Shown here piece after piece: positions 51,805 through 61,686 of a stretch of DNA of 64,000 bases. The notes under the pieces are model-generated. The model was not told where the DNA came from. It did no database searches and was given only the letters and a program-made list of their open reading frames with translations. This DNA is from an uncultured Erysipelotrichaceae bacterium (lineage in GTDB: Bacteria; Bacillota_I; Bacilli_A; Erysipelotrichales; Erysipelotrichaceae): contig CAIFEQ010000007.1 in assembly GCA_903789495.1 (NCBI GenBank), positions 2,414 through 66,413 on the forward strand, in the 5' to 3' direction. How positions within the stretch are numbered: position 1 is the stretch's first letter; each line of letters begins with the position of its first letter. The position numbers and the translations under genes are program-made.

Positions 51805-54726
51805 ATGCGGGTAGGATTAGATATCGGTTCTACGACGATCAAATGCGTGGTACTGGGCGACCAGGACCAGCTGCTGTATGCGGATTACCAGCGGCATTAT
51901 TCTCACATCATCGAAAAGGGTGAGGAGATGCTCCGCAAGGTCAATGACGACTTCATCCATGGTCAGAAGGTGATCATGGCTATTTCCGGTTCGGCCGGCA
52001 TGGGTCTGGCGGAGTACGCCGGGGTGCCGTTTGTCCAGGAGGTCTTTGCGACCAGGGTGGCGGCGCAGAAACTGGCTCCGGGCACCGACTGCATCATCGA
52101 GCTGGGCGGCGAGGATGCCAAGATCCTGTTTCTGACCAATGGCGTTGAAGTCCGCATGAACGGGTCCTGTGCCGGCGGCACGGGGGCCTTCATCGACCAG
52201 ATGGCTACCCTGCTGAAGCTGCAGCCGGATGAAATGGACCGCCTGGCACTGGAAGCGGATCGGACCTATACGATTGCCTCCCGCTGCGGCGTGTTTGCCA
52301 AGAGCGATGTCCAGCCCCTGATCAACCAGGGCGCCAAGACCGGCAATATCGCCGCCTCCATCTATCAGGCCGTGGTCAACCAGACCATCGCCGGCCTGGC
52401 GCAGGGACGGCCGATTCAGGGCAATGTCCTGTATCTGGGCGGACCGCTGACCTTCTCGAAATGCCTGCGCAGCAGCTTTGACAAGACCCTGGGAGTCAAG
52501 GGCGTCTGTCCGGAGAACTCCTTATACTATGTCGCCATGGGGGCGGCGCTCTACGCCGACCAGGAATGCGATGTGCTGGAAGCGGCGGAAAAGCTGAAGA
52601 CCTATTCCGAACATGCCACCTATGTGGGCATGGCGCCGCTGTTTCAGAACCGCGAAGAGTACTGGGAATTTCATAACCGCCATGCCAAAGCTACGGTGCC
52701 GCGGGTGAAGTTTGACGAACACTGCGGGCCGGTGCAGATCGGCATCGACTCGGGTTCGACGACCATCAAGATGGCGGTCATCAACGGCAAAGGCGAACTG
52801 CTGTATACCTGGTATTCTCCCAACGACGGCAACCCGATTCCCCTGGTCCGGGAACAGTTCCGCAAGCTCTACGCCGAACATCCGGGTCTGCAGATCGCCG
52901 GCGTGACCACGACCGGCTATGGCGAAGACCTGATGAAGCAGGCCTTCCACTGTGACCTGGGTCTGGTGGAAACCGTTGCTCATTTCACCGCTGCCCGGCA
53001 TTTCCTGCCGGACGTGGATTTCATCATCGATATCGGCGGCCAGGACATGAAGTGCTTCAAGATCGAAGACGGGGCCATCTCCAACATCTTCCTGAATGAA
53101 GCCTGCTCCAGCGGCTGCGGCAGTTTCCTGCAGACCTTTGCCCAGGCCCTGGGCTACAGCGTCGAGGACTTTGCCCAGCTCGGCCTGTTTGCCGACCGGC
53201 CGGTGAATCTGGGATCCCGGTGCACGGTGTTCATGAACTCCAGTGTCAAGCAGGCGCAGAAAGATGGCGCCTCGATCGAGAACATCTCCGCCGGTCTGTC
53301 CATCTCGGTGGTCAAGAATGCCCTGTACAAGGTCATCCGCTGCGCGTCGCCGGACGAACTGGGCAAGCATATCGTCGTGCAGGGCGGCACCTTCTACAAC
53401 GAAGCCGTGCTGCGCGCCTTTGAGCAGGAAATGCAGGTCGAAGTGATCCGGCCGGATATCGCCGGCCTGATGGGTGCCTACGGGGCGGCCCTGCACGGGC
53501 TCAAAAAGCTGGGCATGGACCATGTCAGTACGGTCCTCAATGCCCAGCAGATCGAAGACTTCAGCCAGAAGACCAGCAGCGTCACCTGCCAGGGCTGCGG
53601 GAACCACTGCCTGCTCACGATCAATACCTTCTCGGACGGCCAGCGTCTGATCTCCGGCAACCGCTGCGACAAGCCGGTCACCGGCAAAACCAGCGATGAC
53701 AGTCTGAACCTGTATGCCTACAAGCAGCAGCTGCTGCAGGCCTATGCGGATAAGCGGATCGACAATCCGCGCGGACGGATCGGGATTCCGCTGTGTCTGA
53801 ACATGTATGAACTCCTGCCGTTCTGGCATGCCTTCTGGAGCGATCTGGGCTATCAGGTCGTGGTTTCCCCGGTTTCCAGCCGGGCCCTGTACCAGGAAGG
53901 GCAGGGCACCATCCCCAGCGATACGGCCTGCTATCCGGCCAAGCTGGCGCACGGGCACATTGCCGAACTGCTCAAGATGAATGTCGATGCAATCTTCTAC
54001 CCCTGCATGAGCTACAACATCGATGAGGGGCTGGGAGACAATCACTACAACTGCCCGATCGTGGCCTATTACCCGGAAGTGCTGAAGGACAACATCAAGG
54101 AACTGGATGAGAAGCCGTTCCTGTTTGACTTCATCGACATCTCCAACCACGATGAGTTCCGGAAACGCTATCCCGCCATCCTGCGGAAGCACTTCCCGGA
54201 GCTGAAGAAGAAGGAGATCCTGCACGCCATCAATGCGGCCTATGCGGAATATGACGCCCACATGGCCCAGGTCCGCGCCCGGGGCATGGAGATCATCGCC
54301 GAGGCCCGAAAGCAGGGCAAGCGGATCATCGTCCTGGCCGGCCGTCCCTACCACGTGGATCCGGAGGTCAACCATGGCATTGACCGGCTGGTGACCCGGC
54401 TGGGCGCGGCGGTCATTACGGAGGATTCCATCTCCGATAAGATACAGAAATTCAAAACTGCAGTCTTGAATCAGTGGACCTATCACAGTAGATTATACGC
54501 AGCGGCCAGATACTGCATTTCCCAGCCGGATATGGATCTGGTGCAGCTGGTTTCCTTCGGCTGCGGTCTGGACGCCATCACGTCTGATGAGACACGGGAG
54601 CTGCTGCAGGAAGGCGGCAAGCTCTATACTCAGCTGAAGATCGATGAGATCACCAACCTGGGCACCGTGAACATCCGTCTGCGCTCGCTGTTTGCGGCTC
54701 TGGAAGAGAAGCAGGAAAACTCGTGA
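51805..54726 (+). CDS. Double BcrAD/BadFG-type activase (two acyl-CoA dehydratase activator ATPase modules) fused to a dehydratase-related C-terminal domain
   Basis: Module 1: MRVGLDIGSTTIKCVVL...NGSCAGGTGAFIDQMA. Module 2: QIGIDSGSTTIKMAVI...NEACSSGCGSFLQTFA. A C-terminal region of about 350 aa follows. 974 aa in total. Confidence 0.85.
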   Translation: MRVGLDIGSTTIKCVVLGDQDQLLYADYQRHYSHIIEKGEEMLRKVNDDFIHGQKVIMAISGSAGMGLAEYAGVPFVQEVFATRVAAQKLAPGTDCIIELGGEDAKILFLTNGVEVRMNGSCAGGTGAFIDQMATLLKLQPDEMDRLALEADRTYTIASRCGVFAKSDVQPLINQGAKTGNIAASIYQAVVNQTIAGLAQGRPIQGNVLYLGGPLTFSKCLRSSFDKTLGVKGVCPENSLYYVAMGAALYADQECDVLEAAEKLKTYSEHATYVGMAPLFQNREEYWEFHNRHAKATVPRVKFDEHCGPVQIGIDSGSTTIKMAVINGKGELLYTWYSPNDGNPIPLVREQFRKLYAEHPGLQIAGVTTTGYGEDLMKQAFHCDLGLVETVAHFTAARHFLPDVDFIIDIGGQDMKCFKIEDGAISNIFLNEACSSGCGSFLQTFAQALGYSVEDFAQLGLFADRPVNLGSRCTVFMNSSVKQAQKDGASIENISAGLSISVVKNALYKVIRCASPDELGKHIVVQGGTFYNEAVLRAFEQEMQVEVIRPDIAGLMGAYGAALHGLKKLGMDHVSTVLNAQQIEDFSQKTSSVTCQGCGNHCLLTINTFSDGQRLISGNRCDKPVTGKTSDDSLNLYAYKQQLLQAYADKRIDNPRGRIGIPLCLNMYELLPFWHAFWSDLGYQVVVSPVSSRALYQEGQGTIPSDTACYPAKLAHGHIAELLKMNVDAIFYPCMSYNIDEGLGDNHYNCPIVAYYPEVLKDNIKELDEKPFLFDFIDISNHDEFRKRYPAILRKHFPELKKKEILHAINAAYAEYDAHMAQVRARGMEIIAEARKQGKRIIVLAGRPYHVDPEVNHGIDRLVTRLGAAVITEDSISDKIQKFKTAVLNQWTYHSRLYAAARYCISQPDMDLVQLVSFGCGLDAITSDETRELLQEGGKLYTQLKIDEITNLGTVNIRLRSLFAALEEKQENS

Positions 54727-54734
54727 GGTGAGGC

Positions 54735-56090
54735 ATGGATTATCTGACACCGAATTTTACCAAAGATATGCTGGCTGACTACACCCTGCTGGTGCCGAAT
54801 ATGTGCCCCATTCATTTTTCCATGGTCAAGGCGGCCATGGAGAGTGAGGGCTACCACAAGGTGGAACTCCTGGGCAGCGGCTCCAGCGAAGTCACCCAGC
54901 TGGGTCTGAAATATGTCCATAACGATACGTGCTATCCGGCCCTGATCATCATCGGGCAGTTCATTGATGCACTGAATTCCGGCCGCTATGATACCCACAA
55001 GGTCGGCCTGCTGATCACCCAGTCAGGCGGCGGCTGCCGGGCCTCCAACTACATCAAGCTGCTGCGCAAGGCCCTGGTGCGTTCCGGGTATTCCTATGTG
55101 CCGGTGGCCAGTGCCAATGTCTCCGGCCTGGAGCCTGGCAGCATCATGCCGTGGACCCCGAAGATGATCATGAAGGTCTTTGCGGCCGTAGAGTATGGCG
55201 ACCTGCTCATGGCCCTGCGCAATGAGGTGCATGCCTATGAGGTTCATGCCGGCGATGCGGATGCACATCTGCAGGCCTGGATCGAGCGCATCAGCGGCTG
55301 GCTGCGGGAAGGAAAGAACTACCTGATCAAGGATTTCAGCAAGGTCTTTGAGCTGATTGCCCAGGACTTTGCGTCGATTCCCATCAGGCGCGTGCCCAAG
55401 GTCAAGGTCGGTGTCGTCGGCGAGATCTACGTCAAGTTCTCCCCGACCGGCAATAACAACCTGGTGGAATTCCTGGAGAAGGAAGGCGCCGAGGTCAACA
55501 TGCCGGGGCTGATGGGGTACTGCGAGTACTGCTGCGCCAACTGGGTCAACGATACGAAATACTACGGCATCTCGCCGAAGATGGGCCATTATGCCAAAAT
55601 CGGCCTGAACCTGCTCAACAGCATCGGGAACCGGATGTCGAAGATCATGAAGAAATACGGCTTCTATGCCCCGGGTTCCTTCAAGGACCTGATGAAGAAG
55701 CCGCAGGGCATTCTGGAACTGGGTACCAAGATGGGCGAAGGCTGGCTGCTGACCGGTGAAATGCTGGAACTGATCGAAGGCGGCTATCCCAACATCATCT
55801 GTGCGCAGCCCTTCGGCTGTCTGCCCAACCATATTGCCGGCAAGGGCGTCATCAACAAGATCCGGGCGCTGTACCCGGAGGCCAACATCACGCCGATCGA
55901 CTACGATCCCAGTGCGACCAAGGTCAACCAGGGCAACCGCATCAAGCTGATGCTGGCAGTCGGCCGGGAGAACCTGGAGAAGCACGGGAATCATCCCCTG
56001 CACCGGGTGGAAGAAGAAAAGGAACAGGATTCCCTGCCGGAGGAAGACAATCCCTCCGGACCGGAGTGGAAAACGGAGAAAGTCTCATGA
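54735..56090 (+). CDS. 2-hydroxyacyl-CoA dehydratase-related protein (partner of the activase fusion)
   Basis: VPNMCPIHFSMVKAAMESEGY, HNDTCYPALIIIGQF, QSGGGCRASNY, AQPFGCLPNHIAGKG. Starts 8 nt after the activase gene. Confidence 0.8.
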   Translation: MDYLTPNFTKDMLADYTLLVPNMCPIHFSMVKAAMESEGYHKVELLGSGSSEVTQLGLKYVHNDTCYPALIIIGQFIDALNSGRYDTHKVGLLITQSGGGCRASNYIKLLRKALVRSGYSYVPVASANVSGLEPGSIMPWTPKMIMKVFAAVEYGDLLMALRNEVHAYEVHAGDADAHLQAWIERISGWLREGKNYLIKDFSKVFELIAQDFASIPIRRVPKVKVGVVGEIYVKFSPTGNNNLVEFLEKEGAEVNMPGLMGYCEYCCANWVNDTKYYGISPKMGHYAKIGLNLLNSIGNRMSKIMKKYGFYAPGSFKDLMKKPQGILELGTKMGEGWLLTGEMLELIEGGYPNIICAQPFGCLPNHIAGKGVINKIRALYPEANITPIDYDPSATKVNQGNRIKLMLAVGRENLEKHGNHPLHRVEEEKEQDSLPEEDNPSGPEWKTEKVS

Positions 56091-56806
56091 AGAAGGAAAT
56101 GGTTCTGTTTGATCTCGATGGGACACTGCTGCCCATGGACATGGACTATTTCGTTTCTTTCTATTTCAGCTGCCTGGCGGCCTGGATGGAACCCTATGGC
56201 TACAATCCCGAGCATCTGAAGAAGACGGTCTGGAAGGGCGTTGAAGCAATGGTGGCCAATGACGGCACCATGACCAATGAGCAGCGCTTCTGGCTTTCGG
56301 TCAAAGATGAGCTGGATCAGCCCTATGAACCCAACCTGCCGCATTTCCTGTCGTTCTATGAAAACGGCTTCTGGCAGGCCTGGTTCGTTACCGGTACCGA
56401 TCCCCGGGCGGCTGAGACCATCGAGCGGCTGAAGCAGGCCGGCATCCGGCGGGCGCTGGCGACCAGTCCGCTGTTTCCGCGTACCGCCACCCTGCAGCGG
56501 ATCCGCTGGGCAGGGCTGCAGGCTGAGGACTTTGAACTGATCACCACCTATGAATCCTGCACCACCAGCAAGCCGAATCCCCGCTATTTTGCGGATGTCT
56601 GCGCGGCGCTGCAGATCGATCCGCAAGCCTGCATCATGGTGGGCAATGACGCCGATGAAGACTATGCGGCCGTCAAGGCCGGCATCGATGTCTTTCTGCT
56701 GGACGATCATCTGATCAACCGGCATGACCGGGATCTTTCCGCGATCCCGCATGGTTCCTATCCGGAACTCTGGGCCTGCCTGGCCAAGGAGGGCATTGCA
56801 CTTTGA
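56087..56806 (+). CDS. HAD-family hydrolase
   Basis: MKKEMVLFDLDGTLL (DxDGT motif I), TSKPNPRYF, VGNDADEDY. ATGA overlaps the upstream gene. Confidence 0.85.
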   Translation: MKKEMVLFDLDGTLLPMDMDYFVSFYFSCLAAWMEPYGYNPEHLKKTVWKGVEAMVANDGTMTNEQRFWLSVKDELDQPYEPNLPHFLSFYENGFWQAWFVTGTDPRAAETIERLKQAGIRRALATSPLFPRTATLQRIRWAGLQAEDFELITTYESCTTSKPNPRYFADVCAALQIDPQACIMVGNDADEDYAAVKAGIDVFLLDDHLINRHDRDLSAIPHGSYPELWACLAKEGIAL

Positions 56807-57717
56807 AAGAAAAGAAAATCGCCGTATACAGCGGTCTGAACCGCATTCCCCGCGGTCAGGCCTCGAATCATTACATCGATGGCTGTCTGGCGCTGGAAGG
56901 CGGTGCCTGGCGGGGGGTCTATACCGAAGGCGTACTCGATGTGCTGATGATGAATGACATCAACCTGCGCCATACCATCGGGGTCTCGGCCGGGGCCATG
57001 AACGGCATCGGCTATGTGTCCGGGGATATCGGCCTGACTGCGACGATGAATCTGTCCTACCGGCATGATGATCAGTATGTCGGTCTGGGTGCCTTCAAAG
57101 AGGACCATGGCATTACCGGCTTTACCTATCTCTTCAGCGAGATGCGCAAGGCCGATGTGATGAACCGGGAACGCTTCTTTGCAAAGGATCATCAGTTCAC
57201 TGCCGTGGCCACCAACTGCCTGACGGGAAAGCCGGAATACTTCGACCGCGATGGCAGCGTGGATATCTTCAAGGCCGTACAGGCCAGTGCCACCGTTCCC
57301 TATGTCTCGGAGATGGTGGAACTGAACGGTCAGCCCTATCTGGATGGCGGTCTGGGCACCAAGATTCCCCTGGACTGGGCCCTGGAGCAGGGCTTTGAGA
57401 AGATCGTCATCGTCCGCACCCGGGATAAGAAGTACCGCAAGCCGGCCCGCAAGCCGAAGGCGATCGTCCAGGTGGAATACCGGGATTATCCGGAGATTCA
57501 GCGGGATCTGGATGAGGAAACCCCGCGCTACAACCTCCTGCTGGACCGGATCGATCAGCTGGAAAAGGAAGGGCGTATCTTTGTGATCGCCCCCAGCAGA
57601 CCGATTACCATCCGCCGTTTTGAAGGTGACATGGAAGAGCTGGGTGCGTTATACTGGCAGGGATACGAGGACGCTGCGGCACAGCTGGATGCGCTGCGGG
57701 CGTACCTGGCACAATAG
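56803..57717 (+). CDS. Patatin-like phospholipase family protein
   Basis: LALEGGAWRGVYTEGVLD (oxyanion GGxxRG), GVSAGAMNG (GxSxG), YLDGGL (catalytic DGG). TTG start overlaps the HAD stop (TTGA). Confidence 0.88.
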   Translation: MKEKKIAVYSGLNRIPRGQASNHYIDGCLALEGGAWRGVYTEGVLDVLMMNDINLRHTIGVSAGAMNGIGYVSGDIGLTATMNLSYRHDDQYVGLGAFKEDHGITGFTYLFSEMRKADVMNRERFFAKDHQFTAVATNCLTGKPEYFDRDGSVDIFKAVQASATVPYVSEMVELNGQPYLDGGLGTKIPLDWALEQGFEKIVIVRTRDKKYRKPARKPKAIVQVEYRDYPEIQRDLDEETPRYNLLLDRIDQLEKEGRIFVIAPSRPITIRRFEGDMEELGALYWQGYEDAAAQLDALRAYLAQ

Positions 57718-57741
57718 TTTGGAAAGGGGAAGGAACGAATC

Positions 57742-58221
57742 ATGTCTTTAGAGTCTGTGCAGGAATTCTTCAAGCAGTATCACATGGAAGATCACTTCAT
57801 TTATCCGGATGAAACCGCCGCGACCGTCGAACTGGCGGCCGAGCACATCGGCTGCAAGCCGGAGGAAGTCTGCAAGACCATGTCCTTCCTGGTCCATGAT
57901 CAGCCGGTCATCATCGCCATGGCTGGCGATGCCCGGATTCAGAACCACAAGTACAAGAACTATTTCCACGTCAAGGCAAAGATGCTGCAGGGAGAACAGG
58001 TAGAGCAGCTGACCGGTCATCCGATCGGGGGTGTCTGCCCCTTCGGTCTCAAGGAAGGCTGTGTGGTCTACCTGGATGAATCCCTGAAGCGCTTCCCGGT
58101 TGTCTACCCGGCGGCGGGCAGTCCCTATGCGGCACTGCGGCTGACGCTGGACGAACTGGTGAAGTACTCCGGGTTCAAGGACTGGATTGACGTGACAACC
58201 TATCCGGGTCACGAAGAATAA
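57742..58221 (+). CDS. YbaK/EbsC-family aminoacyl-tRNA editing (deacylase) domain protein
   Basis: CKTMSFLVHDQPVIIAMAGDARI...LTGHPIGGVCPFGL. Confidence 0.85.
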   Translation: MSLESVQEFFKQYHMEDHFIYPDETAATVELAAEHIGCKPEEVCKTMSFLVHDQPVIIAMAGDARIQNHKYKNYFHVKAKMLQGEQVEQLTGHPIGGVCPFGLKEGCVVYLDESLKRFPVVYPAAGSPYAALRLTLDELVKYSGFKDWIDVTTYPGHEE

Positions 58222-58282
58222 GAAGCTCATGACAGTCAGGAAAAATCTGGCTGTTTTCATATTGTGCCAGAATGTACAACTG

Positions 58283-58313
58283 AAAAAGGCAGCGGATGCA
58301 TGCATGCGCTGCC
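58283..58313 (-). terminator. Intrinsic terminator after the lipoprotein gene
   Basis: Minus strand: GGCAGCG-catgcatgcatc-CGCTGCC followed by TTTTT. Confidence 0.7.
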
Positions 58314-58341
58314 TTAATCCTTCCGATCAGGAAATACAGGT

Positions 58342-59043
58342 TTATGCCGGATCGGTCGGATTGATGAAACCTTTGTCCTTGTCATAATCCGGCATGATAC
58401 AGTCACTGACAATCCATCTGTTACCTTTCTGGCTGAAACAGACGATGGCGTAGATCCCCTCAACCGGTACTCCTTCAACGGTAAACTGAGCATGGACAGA
58501 CTGATCAGAGGCTCTTTCCCACTGATCCGGCAGGATGTCATAGTTGCCATAGCCCATGTTGGGAGGCGCCATCATCAGCTGGCCATTGTATTCGAACAGC
58601 ATTTCGTCGAGCCAGCTTTTATTGGATACGGAATCATCCAGATAAGTGTCTATATAAGCGTAGATTTCTTCTCTGGTTTTGGGGTTTACCACAATCTCAT
58701 AACTGTAGTTATAGTCCAGGTGCGCAGGCGTTCCGTCAACCGGTTCCAGTTCACAGCCCCAGGTCAGATCGTTCGCTTCCTTCCAGGCTGTCAGGAGTTT
58801 TGTAATTCTTTCGTCATCCAGAACGGTGACGGGTTCCAGATCATACCATGTCTCTGCCACAGCAGAAGCGGAAGCCGCAGAGACCGCCGCAGTCTCTGAA
58901 GGACTTGCAGATGGTTCGCCAGACGAAGTTTCGGCCGCCGAAGGTGAAGCGGTCTGCGGCGATGTCGATGCACTTGCAGAATTCTGACTGGATGCGCAGC
59001 CGGACAGAACAAGAGCGATGCATAGAACAAACAAGCGTTTCAT
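58342..59043 (-). CDS. Hypothetical lipoprotein with a Ser/Ala/Thr-rich linker
   Basis: MKRLFVLCIALVLSGCASSQ (lipobox LSGC), low-complexity linker SASASTSPQTASPSAAETSSGEPSASPSE, then a globular domain. SD AAGGAGG. Confidence 0.8.
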   Translation of the reverse strand: MKRLFVLCIALVLSGCASSQNSASASTSPQTASPSAAETSSGEPSASPSETAAVSAASASAVAETWYDLEPVTVLDDERITKLLTAWKEANDLTWGCELEPVDGTPAHLDYNYSYEIVVNPKTREEIYAYIDTYLDDSVSNKSWLDEMLFEYNGQLMMAPPNMGYGNYDILPDQWERASDQSVHAQFTVEGVPVEGIYAIVCFSQKGNRWIVSDCIMPDYDKDKGFINPTDPA

Positions 59044-59344
59044 ATTCTTTCGACCTCCTTGGATGTGACTAACAGGTTAATATTTCCTGATATTTCATTC
59101 AGATCAAATATGCAGGGATTAAAAAGAATAATTCAACTTAACAGTTACGCTATTGTACAGAAAACTGGGAAAGCAGACATACAACTGAATTATATATATA
59201 TTGTAAATTGTAAAGAAAGAAATACATGAAAGCATGCTGCTGAAGCTTTTCAATTCTTCAATAGTGATGCTTTCAAAATCAAAGTTTGCTGTCAGTTCCT
59301 GAGAACAGGACAAAGAAAAGAAGCACAGTTACTTAACCAGCTTC

Positions 59345-60238
59345 TTATTCCGACAGCAGATTGCGGAATTCTGCAGGCAGATCATCTGTGATGGTCCTGG
59401 TTTCACCGCTTACCGGATGAGACAGGACCAGTTTCCATGCCAGCAGACCCATGCCGGGAAACCGTCTGTCCGGTACGCCATATAGCGGATCATTGACAAT
59501 CGGCAGCCGATGAGCAGACAGATGGACCCGGATCTGATGTGTCCGACCGGTTTCCAGAGAACACTCCAGCAGGGAAATCCTATCCCTGCTGTTCAGGCAT
59601 TTCACATGCGTGCAGGCATCCTTCCCGGAAGCGGAGATCCGATAGCGGCCGCTGCGGTGCCGGTCGTGCCCGATCGGATCCCGGAAGGTCTGCGTGCTGC
59701 CCGGGGTCATGGTACCGGCACAGATGGCCAGGTAGATGCGCTGGATTTTCTTCTCTGCCAGCATACCGTCGTACCAGGCCTGGAAGAAAGGTACTTTGAC
59801 AAACAGCACAAGACCGCTGGTGTCTCGATCCAGACGGTGCACATAGCGCACCGGTGCTTCGATGCCGGCCTGTTTCTGGTAGCAGGCTGCCTGAGCAGCC
59901 AGGCAGGTGGGATCGTTTTCCTCATGCACAAGAATACCGGCTTCCTTATGAGCCACATAGATCAGATCATCTTCGTACACAATCCGGCAGGGCCTTTCTG
60001 CCGGTGCCCGGTCCAGACCGGGATTGATGATGCGGATCTGCACCCGGTCTCCCGGCTGCAGGGGACAGGAAGCCTGGCTCACAGGAACGTTATTGACCGT
60101 GATCCGCTTTTCCTGCAGATACCGGTAGCGCAGGGGACGGGAGATGCGAAAATGTTCCAGCAGCTGCAGCAGACTGGTACAGACATCATGTTCTTCCAGG
60201 ATAAACAGAACCTGTGAGGGATCAGCCCGATACTGCAT
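59345..60238 (-). CDS. RluA-family pseudouridine synthase
   Basis: S4-like N-terminus, HRLDRDTSGLVLF catalytic motif, TGRTHQIRVHL. Confidence 0.9.
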   Translation of the reverse strand: MQYRADPSQVLFILEEHDVCTSLLQLLEHFRISRPLRYRYLQEKRITVNNVPVSQASCPLQPGDRVQIRIINPGLDRAPAERPCRIVYEDDLIYVAHKEAGILVHEENDPTCLAAQAACYQKQAGIEAPVRYVHRLDRDTSGLVLFVKVPFFQAWYDGMLAEKKIQRIYLAICAGTMTPGSTQTFRDPIGHDRHRSGRYRISASGKDACTHVKCLNSRDRISLLECSLETGRTHQIRVHLSAHRLPIVNDPLYGVPDRRFPGMGLLAWKLVLSHPVSGETRTITDDLPAEFRNLLSE

Positions 60239-60241
60239 GAT

Positions 60242-61603
60242 TCAGTTCCTTTCCCGATGATGAGCCTGCAGAAGTTCCTGCAGGTCTTTTTCTTCTTTCT
60301 GCAGAATATCTGCGGCATCCGGTACCTGATTGCCGCGGATGTCCAGCGGCATGACTTTATACTTGGAAAACAGAATTCCCTGCCGGGAATACAGACTGCT
60401 GTAGCCGGAGCAGAGACTGCTCAGGATGCAGACCAGCGCCATGGACAGATAGCCCTTTCCCTGGAAGATCTCCAGTGCCAGCAGGATGGTGGCCAGCGGG
60501 CAGTTGGTGACACCGCTGAACACACCCATCATGCCAAGAGCGGCCGCAAAGCCGGCTGGCAGGCCGAGCAGGGGACCGATGACACAGCCGAAGGTGGCGC
60601 CGATCACAAAGCTCGGGGCCACCTCACCGCCCTGATAGCCGGCCCCCATGGTCAGGGCCGTGAGCAGGATCTTGAGCAGAAAGGCCCAGGGAAGTGCCTG
60701 CTGGCTGAGGATGGCTTCCCTGGCCAGGGCCATGCCGGAGCCATTGAAGCTGCGGCTGCCGCTGAGCAGGGTCACAAGGACGACCAGGAAACCGCCGACC
60801 ACAATACGAAGGCGGGGACCCGGCAGGTATTTCTGATACGCATGGCGCACGCCATGCAGAACATGCAGGAAGAACGAGGCCAATAAACCACAGAGAATGC
60901 CCAGGCCCATGACCTTCAGGGCCATGAACAGGGTAAAGTCCGGTACTTCCAGGGCATAGCGCAGCGGCGCAAAGCCGAAAGACGCATTGATCCCGCAGGC
61001 CAGCAGTGAGGCCAGCAGGGCGGGATAAAGCACGGCATGCAGAATCACGCCGACATGGATCATCAGCACCACGAAGACCGAAGAAGCCAGCGGGGTGCCG
61101 AACAGCACGGAAAAGCAGGCCGCCATGCCGATCATGGTTGCGGCCTTCATGTCATCCGCATCCAGGTGCAGACGCCGGCCGATCTGATTGCCCAGATCCC
61201 CGCCGATCTGCAGGGCTGCCCCGGTCCGCCCGGCGGAACCTCCGCAGAGGTGGGTCAGGCAGGTGCTGACAAAGACCACCGGAGCCTGATGCAGCCGGAC
61301 GGACTGCCCGGTCTGACAGGCTTCGATCAGGGTGTCGGTGCCCGGAACTTCCGAGGCAAAATGATGGTACAGGAAAACAATCAGCAGGCCGGCCGCCGGC
61401 AGGAGATACAGCAGCCAGCCGTGCTGATGAAACGACGCGGCTGCCAGAGCGGTTGCGGCGTTGAAGGCAGCGCCGGCCAAACCGCAGACGACGCCGATCA
61501 GGATGGCCAGCGCCGTCCACTTCAGCAGACTGCGGGCATAGAGCCGGTTATTGACATGCCAGCGGAAACGCCGTTCCTGATTCTGAGACATCTGTTCTGT
61601 CAT
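60242..61603 (-). CDS. ClC-family (voltage-gated chloride channel) protein
   Basis: Polytopic, 453 aa: GGSAGRTGAALQIGG, GYQGGEVAPSFVIGATFG. Stop lies 3 nt before the rluA-family start. Confidence 0.8.
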   Translation of the reverse strand: MTEQMSQNQERRFRWHVNNRLYARSLLKWTALAILIGVVCGLAGAAFNAATALAAASFHQHGWLLYLLPAAGLLIVFLYHHFASEVPGTDTLIEACQTGQSVRLHQAPVVFVSTCLTHLCGGSAGRTGAALQIGGDLGNQIGRRLHLDADDMKAATMIGMAACFSVLFGTPLASSVFVVLMIHVGVILHAVLYPALLASLLACGINASFGFAPLRYALEVPDFTLFMALKVMGLGILCGLLASFFLHVLHGVRHAYQKYLPGPRLRIVVGGFLVVLVTLLSGSRSFNGSGMALAREAILSQQALPWAFLLKILLTALTMGAGYQGGEVAPSFVIGATFGCVIGPLLGLPAGFAAALGMMGVFSGVTNCPLATILLALEIFQGKGYLSMALVCILSSLCSGYSSLYSRQGILFSKYKVMPLDIRGNQVPDAADILQKEEKDLQELLQAHHRERN

Positions 61604-61686
61604 AGCTGTTTGGTAAGACGGTTTCTATTGTACGCGCAGTTCGGCCTTCAGAAGAAAAAGACAGGCAGCTTTTTGCCTGCAGGAGA

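Noticed and set aside
56803-57717. Patatin-like phospholipase as a CBASS-type antiphage effector.
   Set aside because: No cyclase/nucleotidyltransferase, E1/E2/JAB or other defence genes are adjacent. The gene is translationally coupled to metabolic-looking genes (HAD, dehydratase-like).
59119-59313. 64-aa ORF (TTG start) inside the AT-rich spacer, with a hydrophobic C-terminus; possible small toxin.
   Set aside because: It has no SD and a non-ATG start. The composition simply mirrors AT-rich DNA (Ile/Phe/Asn/Tyr/Ser-rich), and there is no supporting antitoxin or antisense feature.
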